Assembly (NCBI RefSeq): GCF_000315625.1
Contig: NW_005434649.1
Span: 668,810 to 732,809, forward strand
DNA length: 64,000 nt
Direction of reading: 5' to 3'
Source of the DNA: Guillardia theta CCMP2712
Taxonomy: Eukaryota > Protista > Cryptophyta
Positions within the stretch are counted from its first letter, which is position 1. Every line of letters starts with the position of its first letter. Made by a program: the position numbers and the translations under genes. The notes beneath the pieces were generated by a model, which saw nothing but the letters and a program-made list of their open reading frames with translations, did no database searches and was not told the DNA's origin. Below are positions 54,452 through 64,000 of the stretch, one piece after another.

Positions 54452-56190
54452 GAGGTGTAGATTAAGGGGAATGAAGGAAACTGACGCGACGAGACTAACT
54501 CGTTTGATGGGTTGACACTCAATGTTGCTCATGGCATGAGTACCTCCCTCCGCTCTCCCCTCTTCTCTCCCCCCCTCCCTCTCTCTCCCTCTCTCCCTTT
54601 CTCCCCCCACCCTTCCCTTCCTCTATCCTCGTGGTAGTGGCGCTGCGAGGCGGCTGATCCTGCAACCATCCTCTGCTCCTATCCCGGTCCCTCACTGCCT
54701 GCTGCCTTGAGGGAGCAGCAGCACAAGTTTGTCCCTTGGAGGACCTGCAAGTTTCCTCCATCCCTTCCCCCTCCATCGTCACTGCCTCCTCGTGTTCGAT
54801 CTCTTCCTCTTGGTTCTCTCGATCTCTCTCGCGATCAACTCACAGGATGTTCGTAAGAGAACTCACAGGATGTTCGTAAGAGACAACAAACAGGCAAACA
54901 GTCACCGATCTCAGCCGTCAGCTATCAGATGTGGACCCAAAGTCGAGGCAGGGCAGTCATAGCAAAGATTCAAAATGGAATGAGCTTTAATTGAGAACTC
55001 CCCTCCTCGCCCGCAAGACGCTAGCGACATGGCTAGAGATCTTTTTGTCTCCAGTCCTTGTTGACTCACTCTCACTCGCCGTGACTTAACTCACTCTCAC
55101 TCGCCGTGACTTCTTGACAAGTCCAGCGACTCCATTCTCTCCTCTCTTCTACTTCGAAACCAAACTTCGTCTATCATACAACAACAAACTCCATCCCTAC
55201 CGGACTTGCTACTCCTCGCAATCATCTCCACTTTCACTGCTGTATTAATTCCTATACTTCTCACTCACTCTCTTCTTCCGTATCGACTCTATCTGCACTC
55301 CGTTGCTCTGCTCTCCTGATCTCTCCCCTTCCTCCCCCTTCTCTCCTTCCCTCCCCTCCCTCTCGTGCTCCTTTCGTCCTCCTCTGCTCCTCCTTTCTTC
55401 AACGGCTCGCCTACGTACCTCTTCATTGTTTGATCTGTCTCGTCTCCTCCCCTGCTCCCTCTCTTCCTCCCCTCCCCTCCCCTCCTTCGTCTACGTACCT
55501 CTTCATTGTTCGAACTATCTCTCCCCTCCCTTCTCTCCCCTCTCCTCTTGTCTCGTCTCCTCCCTTCTCCCTCCACCTCCTCCCCTCCCTTCCCATCCCA
55601 TCTCATCCTCTCTCTCCCCTCCCTCTCCTCTCTCCCCTCTCCTCTCATCTCCTCCTCTTCTTCCACCACTCCCGTTCCTCTCTCTCTCTCTCTCTCTCTC
55701 TCTTCTTCCTCCTCCCTTCCCCCCCCTCCTCCTCCTCAACGGCTCCTCTACGTACCTCCTGCTTGTTTTACCTCGTCACGTGTGTAGTTGGGGTAACCCC
55801 CACCACCCTCAACCTCCTTCACTGATCACCTTAAAGTACCCGTGTATTTTCCCTGAAAGTACCCACCCTTATGACTTCTGGTACACCACATGCCTGCAAG
55901 TACCCCTACCTTTCTCTTCATCTGTACCCCACCGTGGGTCCTTTACACGTTTCTACTACACACCTTGCATCACCCCACCCCCTATCCGAACAAGTATACT
56001 ACCCCTTCTTTATCAGACCCCATATATTCAATTCGATACCTACCCCTACCCTTATTTATTCTTCAATGTACCCATGAATGTTAAGGTACTTTTTCAGTAC
56101 ATCACTACCCCACCCTTACCTCAGGTCTCTTTGACCACCCTCACCCCTTCAGGATCATCCCCCCACTTGCTACTTATTACTCGCCCCGCC

Positions 56191-56800
56191 ATGCCGCGAT
56201 CGCAACTTATCTTCGCCGCCGTCAACTTCGTCGCTGGAGTAGCAGGAGCCAACGTCTTCGAGCACGTCTCACAGGTTCCCTCCCCTACCATCTCCTCCAC
56301 CTCTTCATCCCCTCCTCTTCTCTCCTCTTCTCTCCTCTCCTCTCCTCTTCTTTCTTGGCCGGTCTCCCTCTTCAACTACCCTCCTCCTCGTCTTCCGTTG
56401 TCTTCTCCTTCCACTACCCTCCCCTCTCCACCATTTTCATCAGAAGCTGCTCTCCCTCCCTGAACCCTACACTCTCACCATCCAACCCCTTCACTGTATC
56501 ACTCATCTTGAAAATCTATCTGTTCCGTCCTCTATCTTGATTTCTTCCTCTCTGCTTCTCCGATTTTCTCCATCCTTTCGTTTGGTTATTGATGTCCTAG
56601 TATCACACTGTTAAAAAGGATGACATGCTTGTTCCCTTGTGCTGACAGTTGGTGGGCAGGCAGACAGAAGGAGGGAATGAAGTTGTGTGAAGAGAGGCAT
56701 TGCTTGCATCGAATGTCGGTAGAGTGAGAGAGGCGGCGGAGTGATTTGTGTACAGAGGATAACGTGAATGTGAAGTAAAGCGATCAAACTGCGAGTGACT
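56191..56800 (+). CDS. Possible small multi-exon gene starting MPRSQLIFAAVNFVAGVAGANVF
   Basis: ATG right after a promoter-like island; a GT donor follows codon 28. Downstream exons are unresolved. Confidence 0.3.
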
Positions 56801-56877
56801 GGTGCGATTGGATGAACAGCACATGCAGTGCTAGCATGCACTTCTAGTGTACAAGGAAGAGACGCTCTCTTGGCTCC

Positions 56878-62020
<5,143 letters not shown>

Positions 62021-62607
62021 ACCGACGGCTCCTCGCCCTGACTAGCAGTGACAAGCAAAAAACAATGTGATAGGCTGTAAAAGTAAAAAAGAAACTTCAC
62101 CCCGGGGCCGGGCCTTACCGTAGTCCCCGCCGGGCCCGTCACTGAGACGGTCCGAGTCTCCGGGAGGCGCAAATTCCTTGTTGCGGTTCAAGTAATTTAC
62201 CCACGGGGCGTATTTTTGTCAAATATTTCAAATAGTTATATCAATATTTTAGTTACAATTACAAACCTTTACTAAAATTTGAAAAAGCTTTTGAAAATTG
62301 ATGTAATGACGGAAATTAAAGGGGGACCAAAACAAGTTTGTCGGGGAGTTTTGGTTGGACTTGTGAGGTTGCCGGGAGGGTAGAGCAGGAGAGGAGAGAG
62401 AGAGAGAGAGAGAAGAGGAGAGACAAGAGGACAGACAGACAGACAGACAGACAGAGACAGACAGACAGAGGAGGCAGAGGACAGGAAAGACTCAGACGAG
62501 ATCAGATTTCCATCAGGAGATTTCTACAAGTCAACCACCATCAATCCGACGACATCGAGATACCTGGAAGATACTCTGAATTCATTCGTGTGTGATCAAG
62601 TACCGCC

Positions 62608-64000
62608 ATGCCAGAGAAACTTGATTTTCAGTTCCATCATGTGCAGTTGTTCGTCAACAGGCTGAAACCTCTCACTGAGTATAAGAAACTCGAACGGAGG
62701 TTGAACATGCTCGCTAATCGCGGCCATTTCGATCCCTTCTCTGGAGGGATGCGGTACCTCGAGCCCAAGGCTCAGATGGACAGGGTATTGGCGGGAAGAC
62801 AGGTATGGCAGGAGATTATTGCCGCAGAGGAGGAGGGGGGGGAAGAGGGTCAAGATTCAGACATCGTAGAGCAGCTCATCATTGGACTCGGTTGGCGCGT
62901 CACAGCAGAGTATCGAGGTGGAGGAACTCGATGCCTCCTCGTTACTTCAGCTGATGCCTGCGGCGTCAAGCTCTGCGTGACAGCCCTGGAGGAGGAGGAG
63001 AAGGAAGAGGCTTCCGCTGCTCCCAGCCTCTTCCCGCACTTCGACCAAGAGCTAGTGAGGACCATGTTCGATGCTCACGGGGGGAGGCAAGTCATCGGGG
63101 TGCTGGGGTTTGAGGTGATGGAAGGGATCGAGGAGATCGTGAGGAGGTACCAGCAGAAGCATCCGAAGCTCATGATCGACCAGCAGCCGCACACGTGGCG
63201 AGACGTGCGAACGGTCTGCATCGGAGGGAAGGAGGTGGTGAAGGAGCTGGGGAGCATGAGGATCTTTGATGTGTACGCCTACTACAAGTCGGAGGAGGAG
63301 GCTGATCTAGGAACGAGGCTGCGCTTTGTGGAGAGGAGAGGCAACTACGCGCGGGCCGAAGGATTCTCCAACCCCCTCGGAGTCCTGCCCGGGCTGGAGG
63401 ACGTGAACGCAAAGTTTGACGGGACCTCGATCCCCTCCTACTCTGATCACTGGGTAAGCAACGTGAGAGACAGGAAGAAGTTTCTGCAAGTGCTGCAGGA
63501 GACTCTTGGGTTTGTTCCCAAGGTCGAGTTCAACGCAGGTGTGGTGGCGGCAGGAGAGGCCATGATCGAGTCCACTGTCGTCGGGAACACCAGTGCCCAC
63601 CTCTCATATAAGGAGGAAGAAGTCCTGCGGGATCAGTCGCAGGTGCAGAGGGGAGGGAGAGGAGAGGAGAGAGGAGAGGAGGAAGAGGAGAGAGGAGAGG
63701 AGAGAGGAGAGGAGAGGAGAGAGGAGAGAGGAGAGGAGAGAGGAGAGAGGAGAGGAGAGAGAGAGAGGAGAGAGGAGAGAGGAGAGAGGAGAGAGGAGAG
63801 GAGAGGAGAGGAGAGTGGAGAGAGGAGAGGAGAGATGGAGGAGTTGGTTCCTGCACTGACTGTTCTCAAGGTCTACCTGCCGATCAACAACGCTCTGAGC
63901 GATGCTGGACACGTTCACTGGTTCTTGGAGGAACATGGGCAGGGGTGCAGCATCTTGCCAGCCGTGTGGAGGACCTTGTGTCTTTTGTGGAGCGAGTGAA
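62608..64000 (+). CDS. 4-hydroxyphenylpyruvate dioxygenase-like VOC-fold protein; runs off the window end
   Basis: FHHVQLFV, DHWVSNV, ESTVV, YLPINN, FLEEHG-QG(VQHLA after a frameshift). Confidence 0.7.

Noticed and set aside
54838-55112. Short perfect tandem duplications (also 26008-26091 and 30466-30512)
   Set aside because: Ordinary two-copy slippage duplications with no further structure.
55303-56463. 386-aa ORF
   Set aside because: Non-ATG start, running through CT-rich low-complexity DNA and a promoter-like island.

Overview
Intron-rich, GC-rich eukaryotic nuclear DNA from a draft assembly with six N gaps. The short introns (CTGAC-type branch points, often swollen by purine/pyrimidine microsatellites) and bipartite plastid-targeting leaders suggest a cryptophyte alga of the Guillardia/Hanusia type; this is inferred from style only. 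Genes recognisable by hand-splicing are: a UbiA prenyltransferase, a Methyltransf_16-type methyltransferase, a PDZ/coiled-coil protein, a eukaryotic-type aspartyl-tRNA synthetase, a secreted laminin-IV (LamB) domain protein, a rhodanese-methyltransferase fusion, non-phosphorylating GAPDH (GAPN), an LPA1/DUF3493-like protein, LUC7, an SK-like K+ channel, a PAS-like/histidine kinase/REC/REC/guanylyl cyclase, a polycystin-2 (TRPP) channel and an HPPD-like dioxygenase. Positions ~6.96-13.7 kb hold a nest of a CRE-like non-LTR retrotransposon (RT plus restriction-like endonuclease). Three items stand out. (1) Two complete SK-like channel repeats are fused in one reading frame, with different pore motifs. 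(2) A two-component guanylyl cyclase has two intact receiver domains and no opsin. (3) The retroelement nest has a YADN RT motif, an in-frame duplication of the endonuclease core, and about ten sharply defined 3' termini that lack poly(A). All exon boundaries were read by eye and no database searches were run.
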